From positions 870,001-902,000 of the forward strand of contig NC_000916.1 in the NCBI RefSeq assembly GCF_000008645.1: DNA of 32,000 nucleotides, written 5' to 3'. The DNA comes from Methanothermobacter thermautotrophicus str. Delta H (GTDB lineage: Archaea > Methanobacteriota > Methanobacteria > Methanobacteriales > Methanothermobacteraceae). Position numbers and translations under genes: made by a program. Of the stretch, positions 1 to 9,165 are shown in pieces (positions within the stretch are counted from its first letter, which is position 1; each line of letters opens with the position of its first letter). Below the pieces are notes generated by a model that saw nothing but the letters and a program-made list of their open reading frames with translations, did no database searches and was not told the DNA's origin.

Positions 1-1345
1 TGCTGGCCCACCATTCCTGGACACTGTCAATGTAGAGTGAGTAGCTCTGGAGCCAGTCAATGGAAGGGAAGTGACGCTTGTCTGCCAGTGATGCGTCCAG
101 GGCCCAGAACACCTTACATATCCTTAGGGTGTTCTGTGTGACGGGCTCTGAGAGGTCCCCACCTGGTGGTGAAACCGCACCCACAACTGATACTGAGGCT
201 ATCTTATCCTCTGATCCAATGGTTGTGACCCTTCCTGCACGCTCATAGAACTGTGCGAGCCTTGATGCGAGGTATGCAGGGTATCCCTCTTCACCTGGCA
301 TCTCCTCCAGCCTTCCTGAGATCTCCCTCATTGCCTCGGCCCACCTTGAGGTTGAGTCTGCCATGAGGGCGACGTCGTAGCCCATGTCCCTGAAGTACTC
401 TGCTATGGTTATACCTGTGTACACACAGGCTTCCCTTGCAGCCACAGGCATGTTTGAAGTGTTTGCTATGAGCACGGTCCTGTCCATGAGGGGGTTACCT
501 GTCTTGGGGTCCTCGAGTTCAGGGAACTCCTTGAGGACCTCGGTCATCTCGTTACCCCTCTCACCGCATCCAACATAGACGATTATGTCTGCGTCAGCCC
601 ACTTTGCGAGCTGCTGCTGGGTAACCGTTTTACCTGAACCGAAGGGTCCCGGTATGGCTGCTGTACCTCCCTTGGCGACTGAGAAGAATGTGTCCTGCGC
701 CCTCTGACCTGTTACGAGGGGGACGTCAGGGTCGAGTTTCTTCTTGTAGGGTCGGCCCTTCCTGACAGGCCACTTCTGGAGCATCTGGATCTTTTCTGTT
801 CCGCTCTCGGTTTCAACCTCAGCTATATCATCAAGGACGGTGTATTCGCCCTGGGGGGCTATCATTGTGAGTTTACCTTCAACGTTTGGTGGGATCATTA
901 TCCTGTGGGTTATTGAGGATGTCTCCTCAACCTCACCGATTATGTCCCCTCCCTTAACCATCTGGCCCTCCCGGGCTGTGGGCTTGAAGGTCCATTTCTT
1001 ATCCTTTGGGAGGGATGGTACGTCCACTCCCCTCTCTATGTAGTCTCCGGTGAGTGCCTTGATGTTCTCGAGGGGTCTCTGGATACCGTCGAAGATTGAA
1101 CCCAGTATTCCAGGTCCCAGTTCCACTGATAGTGGACCGCCTGTTCTTTCAACGGTCTCTCCAGGCTTTATGCCTGCGGTTTCCTCGTAGACCTGGATTG
1201 TTGCTGTGTCACCCTCAAGTTCAATGATCTCTCCTATGAGCTTGTCTTCACCCACCTTAACCATTTCATACATCTGGGATCCTCTCATCCCCTCGGCGAT
1301 GATAACAGGACCCGCTATTTTTATAATCCTTCCTTCCTGTGTCAT
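1..1345 (-). CDS. atpA: A1AO (archaeal/V-type) ATP synthase catalytic subunit A, first ~448 codons; 3' end lies beyond the window start
   Basis: Absent from the ORF track because it is open at the window edge. My minus-strand translation from the ATG at 1345 reads [46 protein letters not shown]...[39 protein letters not shown]...[26 protein letters not shown], with no stop down to position 1. It carries Walker A and GERGNE motifs typical of A/V-type A subunits. The start overlaps the atpF stop (ATGA). Confidence 0.93.
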   Translation of the reverse strand, partial: MTQEGRIIKIAGPVIIAEGMRGSQMYEMVKVGEDKLIGEIIELEGDTATIQVYEETAGIKPGETVERTGGPLSVELGPGILGSIFDGIQRPLENIKALTGDYIERGVDVPSLPKDKKWTFKPTAREGQMVKGGDIIGEVEETSSITHRIMIPPNVEGKLTMIAPQGEYTVLDDIAEVETESGTEKIQMLQKWPVRKGRPYKKKLDPDVPLVTGQRAQDTFFSVAKGGTAAIPGPFGSGKTVTQQQLAKWADADIIVYVGCGERGNEMTEVLKEFPELEDPKTGNPLMDRTVLIANTSNMPVAAREACVYTGITIAEYFRDMGYDVALMADSTSRWAEAMREISGRLEEMPGEEGYPAYLASRLAQFYERAGRVTTIGSEDKIASVSVVGAVSPPGGDLSEPVTQNTLRICKVFWALDASLADKRHFPSIDWLQSYSLYIDSVQEWWAS

Positions 1346-1662
1346 TTTACCATCTCAACCCCAATAACTCTTTTAATAAGGTCCCTCAGTGGATCTGTTT
1401 CACGTTCTGAGGGGCCTGTCTTGTCTGGTATCTCTATTATCATTGGCAATGCGCTTGAACTTGTGGTTTCCTCTATAAATTCCCTCAGTTCATCACCAAT
1501 CTTTTCTGTGACGATTATTATGGAGAAGCCATCACGTATAAGGTTCCTTATGGTTTCCTCTGCCTCGTCAGGTGTTTCAACCACGTAGCCTTCCCTGACG
1601 CCTCCGAGTCTGAACCCTGTTACAGTGTCCCTGTCACCAACCACTGCAATATTTGAACTCAT
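1342..1662 (-). CDS. atpF: A1AO ATP synthase subunit F
   Basis: 106-aa ORF ([21 protein letters not shown]...) of the size and sequence type of V/A-type subunit F. It sits between subunits C and A in the conserved H-I-K-E-C-F-A order, with 4-nt overlaps to both neighbours. Confidence 0.85.
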   Translation of the reverse strand: MSSNIAVVGDRDTVTGFRLGGVREGYVVETPDEAEETIRNLIRDGFSIIIVTEKIGDELREFIEETTSSSALPMIIEIPDKTGPSERETDPLRDLIKRVIGVEMVK

Positions 1663-2816
1663 GCTAACATCTCCTTAACCATTGCTTCAGGGAAGCCTGG
1701 CTCCCTCTTGCTCCTTGCTATGACCTTGAGGTTCTTCACCTCAACCTCCTTCCTGCTGAGGAATCCGATCATTGGCCCGACACCGAAGGGCTTCTTGAGT
1801 GCGAAGTTCCTTGCCATCCTGTTGAGGTTGTCCTCAAGGACGCGTTCGAATACAGCCACTGAACCCGTTGATGTGTACTCTGAGAGGGCCTCTGATAGCA
1901 TCTGACCGTAGTCTGTACCCTCAAGGCCGCTTACAACTCCACTGACATCCTCTGATTCCATGAGGTCCTTGAGCTTCCATTCCCTGATCTGGTAACCGTG
2001 GGGTACTATGTATGGGCTTATGTCATCATAGCTGAGACCGTCTGCCTTTGCACGGAGTATTATTTTAAGGTTGGATATGTCGACCATGGTCCCAAAGTAT
2101 GTGTGGAGTATCTTTGTGTTGTCGTCTGATGGACTTCCAACTGTCCTTATGAGTCCCTCCAGGAACTTCCTGTCAAGGGCTGCCTCTATTGGGAGGAGCA
2201 TCCCTGTCTCCTCGTAGCCGGATAGGGCATCCTCCAGTACGCCGGCGTACTCTGTAGCCTCAAGGCCGGTTACAACCTCCTGAACACTTGAAGCGTCTGC
2301 AAGGCCCTCGATGATCTCATAGACTTCACCTCCCGGGACAAGGAGGTTCACTGTCTCCTCGGCACTCAGGCCAGCAGCCTTTGCTGTTATGAGGCTCTTG
2401 ATGTTCCTCACATCCCATCTCTTCAGGTTTGCCCTGAAGGGGTCCCTTATGGATGCGGGTGCTATCTGGGATACCATCTCATAGGTCTCTGCGAGCTGAC
2501 TCTCAAGGGCCTTCTCAATGGGGAACCTGTCAATGTATTTGGCGTAGTCAGGGAGCCCCCGGAGGTAGTTCTTGAACTCCTCCATGGACTCGGTTTCAAG
2601 AATCTCTGATAACTGTTTCTCGTTTAGGAGGCGTCCTATTCGTGCCCTGACTCTGGCGTTAGGGTATGCAAAGGGGAATAAATCTAATATAGGCCTTATA
2701 GTTGCTATTACCACAATAGCACCTATAATGGCTCCTCCGAGGAGGAGTACGCCTATAAAAGATTCTATTGAAGGGAATCCAAGCGCTGTTACAATTGTTG
2801 TGATGCTGTCAGCCAT
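1659..2816 (-). CDS. atpC: A1AO ATP synthase subunit C
   Basis: 385-aa ORF with the expected size and operon position (between E and F) for the archaeal subunit C (V-type d-like). It is largely helical with an internally repeated architecture (two ...GLEATEYAGVLEDALSGYEETG.../...GLEGTDYGQMLSEALSEYTSTG... halves). Confidence 0.85.
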   Translation of the reverse strand: MADSITTIVTALGFPSIESFIGVLLLGGAIIGAIVVIATIRPILDLFPFAYPNARVRARIGRLLNEKQLSEILETESMEEFKNYLRGLPDYAKYIDRFPIEKALESQLAETYEMVSQIAPASIRDPFRANLKRWDVRNIKSLITAKAAGLSAEETVNLLVPGGEVYEIIEGLADASSVQEVVTGLEATEYAGVLEDALSGYEETGMLLPIEAALDRKFLEGLIRTVGSPSDDNTKILHTYFGTMVDISNLKIILRAKADGLSYDDISPYIVPHGYQIREWKLKDLMESEDVSGVVSGLEGTDYGQMLSEALSEYTSTGSVAVFERVLEDNLNRMARNFALKKPFGVGPMIGFLSRKEVEVKNLKVIARSKREPGFPEAMVKEMLA

Positions 2817-2833
2817 CTGTTATCTCCCCTTTT

Positions 2834-3454
2834 TTATTCGAAAAGAACCCTGGCCACCTCTGAACGTAGAGCCTTCCTGAAACGGGACATCCTGGCCTCT
2901 ATTGTGTTGTTAACCTCTATCAGACCATCCTCTGTCCTTACCACTGCTCCTCCAATGGTTCTGATGCTGTCTCCAACCTTCAGGGTTGTTTTTTTGCCTG
3001 TTTCTGCTTCCACTTCAGCCGCGATTTTATCGAGTCCGAGGTCAAGGGACCTGTCGTCCTCCCTCATGCTGACAACCAGGTCACCGCCGCCTATCTCAAC
3101 GGCGGCCTCCTTTATCATGCCCCTGAGGGCGCTGACGTATTCCTCCTGGGAGGTGGATGCCAGGTTTTTAAGTTCCTCTTCCGCCTTTTTGAAGGCCTCC
3201 TGTATTACCTCTTCCCTTGCCTCCAGTTCTGCACGCCTTGCATTCATCTTGGCCTCTGAGATTATCTGCTGGTACCTCATGTCAGCCTGTTTTCTGGCTG
3301 ACTCGAGTATGCGTTCACTGGCCATCCTGGCCCTTTTTTCACCTTCATCCACTATACCTGCAGCTTCATCTTCAGCTTCCCTGATTATGGCGTCCGCCTT
3401 TGCCTGAGCCTCTGACATTATACTGGAGACAATTTTTTCGGCTCCGGAGCTCAT
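2834..3454 (-). CDS. atpE: A1AO ATP synthase subunit E (peripheral stalk)
   Basis: 206-aa ORF with a charged coiled-coil N-terminal half (AEAQAKADAIIREAEDEA...) and a globular C-terminal part. Position between K and C. Confidence 0.85.
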   Translation of the reverse strand: MSSGAEKIVSSIMSEAQAKADAIIREAEDEAAGIVDEGEKRARMASERILESARKQADMRYQQIISEAKMNARRAELEAREEVIQEAFKKAEEELKNLASTSQEEYVSALRGMIKEAAVEIGGGDLVVSMREDDRSLDLGLDKIAAEVEAETGKKTTLKVGDSIRTIGGAVVRTEDGLIEVNNTIEARMSRFRKALRSEVARVLFE

Positions 3455-3458
3455 CTAA

Positions 3459-3947
3459 TTAGCCTCCTAGTATTCCGCCGAAGACCATGAGAAGTATGGC
3501 GATCAGGAAACCATAGATGGCCTGTGTCTCTGAGAGGGCTGAGAATATAATACCCCTCGCGAACATGTCAGGGTCCTCGACAACTGCACCGACTGATGAT
3601 GCTGATGTTATACCCTGACCCATACCTGAACCGAGACCTGCGAATCCTATGGCTGCACCTGCACCCACGGCAACAAGTCCTGCTGTAACATCCAGTCCCT
3701 TTCCTCCTCCAAGGAGTCCTGAGAACACCAGGAGAAGTATGGCGATCAGGAAACCATAGATGGCCTGTGTTTCAGGGAGGGTTGAGAATATAATACCCCT
3801 CGCGAACATGTCGGAGTTCTCTGCGACTGCACCCACACTTTCTGCGGCTGCTATACCCTGACCTAATCCTGATCCAAGACCTGCGAATCCTACTGCAACT
3901 CCAGCACCTATTGCTGCTAAAGCAGTTCCTAATGCTATTTCAACCAT
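3459..3947 (-). CDS. atpK: A1AO ATP synthase proteolipid subunit K, duplicated (two hairpins, four TM helices)
   Basis: 162-aa ORF made of two ~81-aa halves. Each half has a Gly-rich helix (GAG.A.GFAGLGSG.GQGI) and the carboxylate helix (..ETQAIYGFLIAILL). A duplicated K subunit with both ion-binding Glu residues retained is known for Methanothermobacter. Confidence 0.92.
   Translation of the reverse strand: MVEIALGTALAAIGAGVAVGFAGLGSGLGQGIAAAESVGAVAENSDMFARGIIFSTLPETQAIYGFLIAILLLVFSGLLGGGKGLDVTAGLVAVGAGAAIGFAGLGSGMGQGITSASSVGAVVEDPDMFARGIIFSALSETQAIYGFLIAILLMVFGGILGG
3489..3835. repeat. Intragenic tandem duplication of atpK, period 243 bp (81 codons)
   Basis: gagaagtatggcgatcaggaaaccatagatggcctgtgt occurs starting at 3489 and again at 3732. 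gagaatataatacccctcgcgaacatgtc also occurs in both halves. Long near-identical DNA blocks are visible by eye. Confidence 0.9.
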
Positions 3948-3952
3948 TCTAT

Positions 3953-5929
3953 TTACCTCCTTATCTTAGTAAAGTTTCTTTCAGCACGAAATGCATTGAA
4001 TTTGTTTTTTCCGCCCATGTAGAACTGGGCGAAGAATTCAACATAGTGTAGACGAAGTGAGTTTATAAAGGCACCAAGGCTCTGGAAGGCGTTGTTGGCG
4101 ATGTGCCCGAAGACGAAGATTATCGGGGCGAGTACCACTCCGATGACGGGTATCATCTCATAGCTGAGACCCGTGAGGATGTTCACGGTCATGGCTATAC
4201 CACCCGTTGAGAGACAGAGTGCAAGCAGCCTTGCATATGACAGGAGGGTACCGAGGAACCCTGATACATCCATGAGGCCAAAGAGGCCATTGTAATATAG
4301 TAGCATTGCAAATGCCAGGATTATCAGAGGAGCCCCGAAAATCATGCCCCCAACCAGGTAGAGGATTATACCCAGTTCAAGGATCAGCCAGACGATCTGG
4401 GATCCAAGGGCCTCCCTCATGTTCCCGAGCCTTATGTTGTTCCTTGCACCGAGTATCAGACCAAAGTTTATGTGGAGAACACCCACGGTGAGTGCCATTA
4501 TCAGTATGTTCTGGGGGTTCACAAAGGCGTCTATTGCCGGTATAACCGTTGGCAGGGTTATGTTGAAGAACCGTGGGAAGAAGTCCCCTATGAACCCGTT
4601 GGTGACCATCCCGAGGATGAATGCCCACACACCACAGGACATCATGATGATACCGAAGTTCCTCATGAAGTTGTTGACCTTACCCAGGCCCCTGTAGAGT
4701 ATGAAGCCTATCAGGGCGTCGATTATACCGTAACCTGCATCTGTCAGGCAGAACCCGAAGAAGAACGGGAACACAAAGGCCATGAAAATTGTGGGGTCGA
4801 TCTCGTTGTACTTCAGGGGAGAGTACATCTCCACGAAGGTCTCGTAGGGCTTTGCAAACCTCGGGTTGTCCAGGAGCACCGGTACCTCCTCAGGATCCGG
4901 GTCCTCCAGGTCCGTCAACGCAGTGCCCTCAGATGACTCCTCAACCACGGCGATGACCCTGTCAGCTTCCTTGAGGGGGACCCATGCCTCCAGCATCACC
5001 GTCTTCCTGGTTTCGCCGAAGAGTGAGAATACCTCATTCCTCTCCTTCTCTATTTCAAGCTGTTCCCTGAGGACCAGGAGTTCGTCCTCCCATTCAGCGT
5101 TTATATCCCTTAATTTTGAGATGATCTCCTTCCTTTCCCTGCTGATCTCCTCAAGGCGTGTCTTTGAGGAGGATATGATCTCTGATGGTCTACCCTGGAG
5201 TTCGCTGATCTCAAATCTCTCGAATTCCATCCTTCTGAGGACTGAGGCTATGCTGTCTGCATGTTTCTTCAGTGTTACAATGATCAGGATCCTTTCAGCC
5301 TTGTTCTCTCCCTCTCTGTCTGATATGACCAGTTCATCTGTGATATCTGCGAGTTTATCCCTGAGTTCAGGGAGGTTCTCGGCTGTTATCCTTCCTGCGA
5401 TTCCTGTTATGTACTCTGAATCCTGGAGATCAGAAAAATCAATATCAAAATCCTTCAGTTTCTCTGCAACAGAGAGGCTTGATTCAACAGCGGACCTTTC
5501 TGAATCAAGCTCATTCAATTTTTCCTCCATAACCCTGGTCTCTGACTCGACCCTCCCCAGGGTCTCCTCAGCCCTTTCGATGAGGGATTCTGTGTCCAGT
5601 TCCTCAACCTCCCGCTTCTCGAATATCGGGGGGTTTATGAACTCCCTTATGGTATCCCTGAGACCCTTCTCCTCGGCTGCGACTGAGCCAAGGAAGTCCA
5701 GGATACCGCTGGTTTTCATGAGGAGAGATGACACCCTTCCTGTGTATGGTGTTGCCCTTGATGGTTTCAGTATCTGGCGCCACTCTGCATCCTGCTGGAT
5801 GCGCTCTGAGATATCATCGATCTGGGTTACACCCTCCTCATGCAAGGAACGAACCACCGAATCCGAGTACTGATCCAGGGTTATGATCTTAAGTTTTCGC
5901 ATCCTTGCCGGTAGAAACATGTCACTCAC
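3953..5929 (-). CDS. atpI: A1AO ATP synthase subunit I (a-subunit-like stator/proton channel)
   Basis: 658-aa ORF with a soluble coiled-coil N-terminal half and a polytopic membrane C-terminal half that includes the conserved ...LSYARLLAL... arginine helix. Position between H and K. Confidence 0.9.
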   Translation of the reverse strand: MSDMFLPARMRKLKIITLDQYSDSVVRSLHEEGVTQIDDISERIQQDAEWRQILKPSRATPYTGRVSSLLMKTSGILDFLGSVAAEEKGLRDTIREFINPPIFEKREVEELDTESLIERAEETLGRVESETRVMEEKLNELDSERSAVESSLSVAEKLKDFDIDFSDLQDSEYITGIAGRITAENLPELRDKLADITDELVISDREGENKAERILIIVTLKKHADSIASVLRRMEFERFEISELQGRPSEIISSSKTRLEEISRERKEIISKLRDINAEWEDELLVLREQLEIEKERNEVFSLFGETRKTVMLEAWVPLKEADRVIAVVEESSEGTALTDLEDPDPEEVPVLLDNPRFAKPYETFVEMYSPLKYNEIDPTIFMAFVFPFFFGFCLTDAGYGIIDALIGFILYRGLGKVNNFMRNFGIIMMSCGVWAFILGMVTNGFIGDFFPRFFNITLPTVIPAIDAFVNPQNILIMALTVGVLHINFGLILGARNNIRLGNMREALGSQIVWLILELGIILYLVGGMIFGAPLIILAFAMLLYYNGLFGLMDVSGFLGTLLSYARLLALCLSTGGIAMTVNILTGLSYEMIPVIGVVLAPIIFVFGHIANNAFQSLGAFINSLRLHYVEFFAQFYMGGKNKFNAFRAERNFTKIRR

Positions 5930-5930
5930 A

Positions 5931-6245
5931 CTACAAGATACTTTTCACAATAATACTGGCAGCCTCCGGGACCTTCCCCATTGCCGCTGATTTCATTGTC
6001 TCCACTTCACGCTTTGCCTTCCCTGAGATTTCAATGGCTTCCTTCCTGGCTCTTTCCTCTGCCTCGGCTATGATCTCATCGCCCTTCTCACTGGCCTCTC
6101 GCTCTGCCTTCTCAAGGAGCTCTGCGGATCTGTTCCTGGCGTCGTCGAGTAACTGGGATGATTTTTCTCTGGCCTCCTGTATTAACCTGTCAGCATCATT
6201 CTCAGCCTTCTTTATGGTAGTGATAGCTTCAGATATCGTTGTCAT
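5931..6245 (-). CDS. atpH: A1AO ATP synthase subunit H (coiled-coil stalk subunit)
   Basis: Small, highly charged helical ORF, first in the operon. The track starts at GTG 6254, but the ATG at 6245 is preceded by GGGTGAT 4 nt upstream, so I prefer 6245. Confidence 0.75.
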   Translation of the reverse strand: MTTISEAITTIKKAENDADRLIQEAREKSSQLLDDARNRSAELLEKAEREASEKGDEIIAEAEERARKEAIEISGKAKREVETMKSAAMGKVPEAASIIVKSIL

Positions 6246-6282
6246 ATGAATCACCCTATTAATGCAAAGGTCTATTTCGCGG

Positions 6283-6291
6283 TATATTTAT
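6283..6291 (-). promoter_or_regulatory. Candidate TATA box of the ATP synthase operon
   Basis: On the minus strand, ATAAATATA lies ~40 nt upstream of the atpH ATG inside an AT-rich 210-bp intergenic region. The spacing is compatible with an archaeal TATA at about -26 and a short leader containing the GGGTGAT Shine-Dalgarno. This is a sequence-pattern call only. Confidence 0.35.
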
Positions 6292-6466
6292 CTTTTACTA
6301 TTTTATTCAAAAGTTTATGATATTCAACTAATCCCATTCAGTTAACCAAGCCTTTTGAATCCCTCCTGATGTTAATTGAGTCATTTTATGAAATTTAATT
6401 TGAATTAAGACAATATTTAAGTCTTTAAGGGTGATCGGCAATCATATGGATGTTGATGGGTGAATT

Positions 6467-7309
6467 CTACTCTGGCATGGGCTCCAGGTCGGCTCCAGCT
6501 GAGAGGTCCCTCTCCTCCTCGCCGTCGTACTGTATTTCTTCGATTTCGAAGAATTTTCTGAAGGCTGGTTCCCGGACCTTTTCCTCGTAGACGTGGGATA
6601 TGAGTCCTGGGAGGCGTCCTATCATGAATACTCCTGCTCCGGTCCTCCAGTCGAATCCCATGTCTGATAGTATGCCGGCGTTGGCCCCGTCAACGTTCAT
6701 CCGGACTCCCTTGCGTTCCAGGAGTATCTCCTGGACCTCCAGTGCAAGGCTGGTGTGGGGTCCCACGCAGCCGTAATCCTCTGCAAGTTCCAGTAACCTG
6801 ACGGCCCGGGGGTCGGCGTTGTGGTAGCGGTGCCCGAACCCGGGGATCCTCCTGTTGGCCTGGAGGTGATCATCAACCAGCCTCAGGGCAGCATCAGGGA
6901 TCTCATCCTCAGACTCGCAGGATGATACAGTCTCCTGGAAGAGCTTCATGGAACGCTCAATGGCACCCGCATGATTCTTACCAAAGGCAAGCAGACCCCC
7001 GGCAATACAGGCATGAACCGGAGAACCCGCCGAGGCAATCATACGGGCAGCCTGAGTACTCGGCGGAGTAACACCATGATCACAGAAGGACACCAGGACA
7101 GCCTCAAGCATACGCGCAACATTCTGAGGGGGAAGCTCACCCCTGATCAGAAGATAAACCATCTCAGAAAAGGAAACACCACCAATAAGATCCTCCTGAG
7201 AATAACCCCTCGTAACAATACGGTTAGGCTCAACACGCGTAATGGAAGTCCTCCACCTGGGGGAACCCGCCCTGAATACCTGCTCAAGTGATTCCTTTCC
7301 TATAGCCAT
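6467..7309 (-). CDS. Short citrate synthase-family protein (citryl-CoA lyase-like)
   Basis: At 280 aa it is much shorter than a true citrate synthase. It keeps the catalytic-domain signatures ...FGKNHAGA..., ...IPGFGHRYHNADPRA... (the GHR.Y..DPR motif) and ...GRLPGLISHVYEE. Its size and motifs resemble citryl-CoA lyase or the ATP-citrate-lyase C-terminal domain. Confidence 0.7.
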   Translation of the reverse strand: MAIGKESLEQVFRAGSPRWRTSITRVEPNRIVTRGYSQEDLIGGVSFSEMVYLLIRGELPPQNVARMLEAVLVSFCDHGVTPPSTQAARMIASAGSPVHACIAGGLLAFGKNHAGAIERSMKLFQETVSSCESEDEIPDAALRLVDDHLQANRRIPGFGHRYHNADPRAVRLLELAEDYGCVGPHTSLALEVQEILLERKGVRMNVDGANAGILSDMGFDWRTGAGVFMIGRLPGLISHVYEEKVREPAFRKFFEIEEIQYDGEEERDLSAGADLEPMPE

Positions 7310-7318
7310 TCATTCACC

Positions 7319-8194
7319 TCAGAGATCTATTGTTGCCCTTCTGGGTTCCACACAGCATGCAAGCCTCATTGAGACTATCCTCACGCCGCTGGCCCTCTGG
7401 GGTCCCACCTTAATCATGGCCCCCAGGGCTGTCGTGGATCCCCCAAGACCAAGGGGCCCTGTCCCGGTACTGTTAAGGGATTCTGTGATGTGCTCCTCAA
7501 TCCAGGACTGTTCATCAAGATTTCCTGTTGCCATGGCCCTGAGCATAAGGCCAGTGGCCTCAAAATGAGTTCTCCCGATACCTATAGCCGGTATGCATGG
7601 TGTGCACCCCAGCATCGGGACCTCTGTTTTCATCCATGTTATAACTTCCTCAAATACTTTTCTATAACTGTGCCTGTGGAAGATCCTCCTTGTCCTCGCC
7701 CTTATCTCGGGACCCCCTCCAAGCATGAGGACATGGATCCTGACCCCCTCACCGGGCGCCGAATCCACCGTGAAGGGTGCCGGTGGGAGTTTCGCCGGGT
7801 CACTGTACAGTCCCCTGCTCTGCTCTATCCTCTCCACCTCATCACCCCTTACAGCCATTGGGCGTCCCGGGAGTTCCCTGAGGCCCTCCTCAACACCCCT
7901 CTTCAGATGGTTGAAGAATCCTGCAGGGAGGCTGGCGTCCTCCCCCACCTCCACTATCAGGTGGGGTATCCCTGTATCATCGCAGAGTGGTCTTCTCTCC
8001 CTTTCTGCTATGCGGGCGTTTTCAATTAGAAGTTCAAGTATCCATGCGGATCTCTCATCCTCCTCCACCTCAAGGGCCCTCTCGTAGGCCCTGAGGACGT
8101 CGGGGGAGTAGGTTGTGGATGCCTGGATGATGGCATCCCTGACTCTCCCGGCGAGATCCAAGCTATCCTCCCCCCACGGGTACAGCGAGGTCAC
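7319..8194 (-). CDS. Fe-S type hydro-lyase, fumarate hydratase/tartrate dehydratase alpha-domain family (divergent)
   Basis: 291 aa with ...RPLCDDTGIPHL..., ...GCTPCIPAIGIGRT... and ...GPLGLGGSTTAL...ACCVEPR. These correspond to the cluster-binding Cys and the GxGGxTTA motifs of class I fumarase alpha subunits, but the sequence is clearly diverged. The ATG at 8194 overlaps the upstream gene by 32 nt. An in-frame TTG at 8161 would remove the overlap. Confidence 0.7.
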   Translation of the reverse strand: MTSLYPWGEDSLDLAGRVRDAIIQASTTYSPDVLRAYERALEVEEDERSAWILELLIENARIAERERRPLCDDTGIPHLIVEVGEDASLPAGFFNHLKRGVEEGLRELPGRPMAVRGDEVERIEQSRGLYSDPAKLPPAPFTVDSAPGEGVRIHVLMLGGGPEIRARTRRIFHRHSYRKVFEEVITWMKTEVPMLGCTPCIPAIGIGRTHFEATGLMLRAMATGNLDEQSWIEEHITESLNSTGTGPLGLGGSTTALGAMIKVGPQRASGVRIVSMRLACCVEPRRATIDL

Positions 8195-9062
8195 CGCCCT
8201 CAGATAGGACGGCCTCAGGATAGTAGCGCTCTATCATGTCCCTCACAAGGACAACCTGCCTTATCCTCTCACGCGCCTGGGCCTCGGTGGTTTCCCAGCC
8301 ATGGTGCCCGGCCACGGAGCCCCCGGTCTTGAGGTAGACAGGTGCTGCGTACCTTATGATATCCGGGACCTCGTAGTGCCTTATGAATCCGCCTGAGGAC
8401 TTGGGGTTCTCTGTGTGAACATCAATTGAAATGTCGATGGCCTCCCTGAGTGATGCCAGCATTGGTATCTGGAGGTCCCTCACAGGGTTCAGGGAGTCTG
8501 CACCGATATCCTGGAGCAGGTGTGCTGAGGCAGGATTCCCGTGACCGCAGTGGGCTGAGACCTTAAGGTGGAGGTCAGCTGGAAGTTCACCGTCCCCGCG
8601 CATCCTTCCAAGAACCCAGAGGAGGCCCTCATCATAGACCACTATACCCCTGACACCGAGTTCGGCTGCCCTCTTAACGTCCTCAACTGCGTAGACAAGG
8701 TTATCATATCCCCTGAGCCTGTAGCCTATCCTTGCACCCTCGGGGGTCCTTGCGGAGGCACTGGTATCATAGGTGGCCCGTGGCCCTACGCTGAGGAAGA
8801 GTTCAATGTCTGCGTCCCGGGCCATCCCTGCCATTTCCTCAATCTCGGTGTCTGTGAGGAGCATTATGCCACGGGTCTGTGTCACCCTGTGGACCCTGAC
8901 ATCCTGCTGCTCCATTGCATCTATGAGGGCTGCCATGGCACCGGGCCTCTGTATGCCCGGAACCTCAAATCTGTACTGGCCTCCATCACTGAATCTCTTC
9001 TCTGATTCGCCCCTGGGGGCCCCTATTCCAATCTTATTAAGGTATCTGCGGGTTTCTTCCAA
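8163..9062 (-). CDS. Conserved hypothetical protein (299 aa), function unknown
   Basis: Long ORF in the same orientation as its neighbours. TTG start at 9062 is preceded by GGAGGTGA 5 nt upstream. Alternating hydrophobic-strand and helix pattern (..VRGIVVYDEG.., ..ADSLNPV.., ..SIDVHTEN..). I do not recognise the family. Confidence 0.6.
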   Translation of the reverse strand: MEETRRYLNKIGIGAPRGESEKRFSDGGQYRFEVPGIQRPGAMAALIDAMEQQDVRVHRVTQTRGIMLLTDTEIEEMAGMARDADIELFLSVGPRATYDTSASARTPEGARIGYRLRGYDNLVYAVEDVKRAAELGVRGIVVYDEGLLWVLGRMRGDGELPADLHLKVSAHCGHGNPASAHLLQDIGADSLNPVRDLQIPMLASLREAIDISIDVHTENPKSSGGFIRHYEVPDIIRYAAPVYLKTGGSVAGHHGWETTEAQARERIRQVVLVRDMIERYYPEAVLSEGGDLAVPVGGG

Positions 9063-9165
9063 TTTTTCACCTCCAGTTTAACTTTACGCTTGCGGGATTT
9101 CCGGTCGATCAGTTCCAGCATCACCGGGCAGATCCCACCATCACATCACAATTCCACGCAACGGA

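Noticed and set aside
4866-5873. Long plus-strand ORFs antisense to well-supported genes. Examples: 4866..5873 (335 aa) opposite atpI, 2904..3407 opposite atpE, 9812..10534 opposite the PrpD-family gene, 10821..11501 opposite tiaS, 13515..14069, 14515..15039 opposite serA, 28022..28570 opposite the kinase, and 30245..30763 opposite ycaO.
   Set aside because: Their translations are low-complexity (Ser/Ala/Pro/Leu-rich) with no recognisable motifs. They mirror strongly supported genes on the other strand and lack Shine-Dalgarno-like sequences. They are typical shadow ORFs.
7319-8194. Calling the 291-aa hydro-lyase simply fumarate hydratase alpha subunit (fumA).
   Set aside because: The cluster-binding and GGxTTA motifs fit the family. 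However, the sequence is noticeably diverged from canonical archaeal FumA as I remember it (CDDTG versus CQDTG, different loop regions) and no beta subunit is adjacent. I therefore kept a family-level call.
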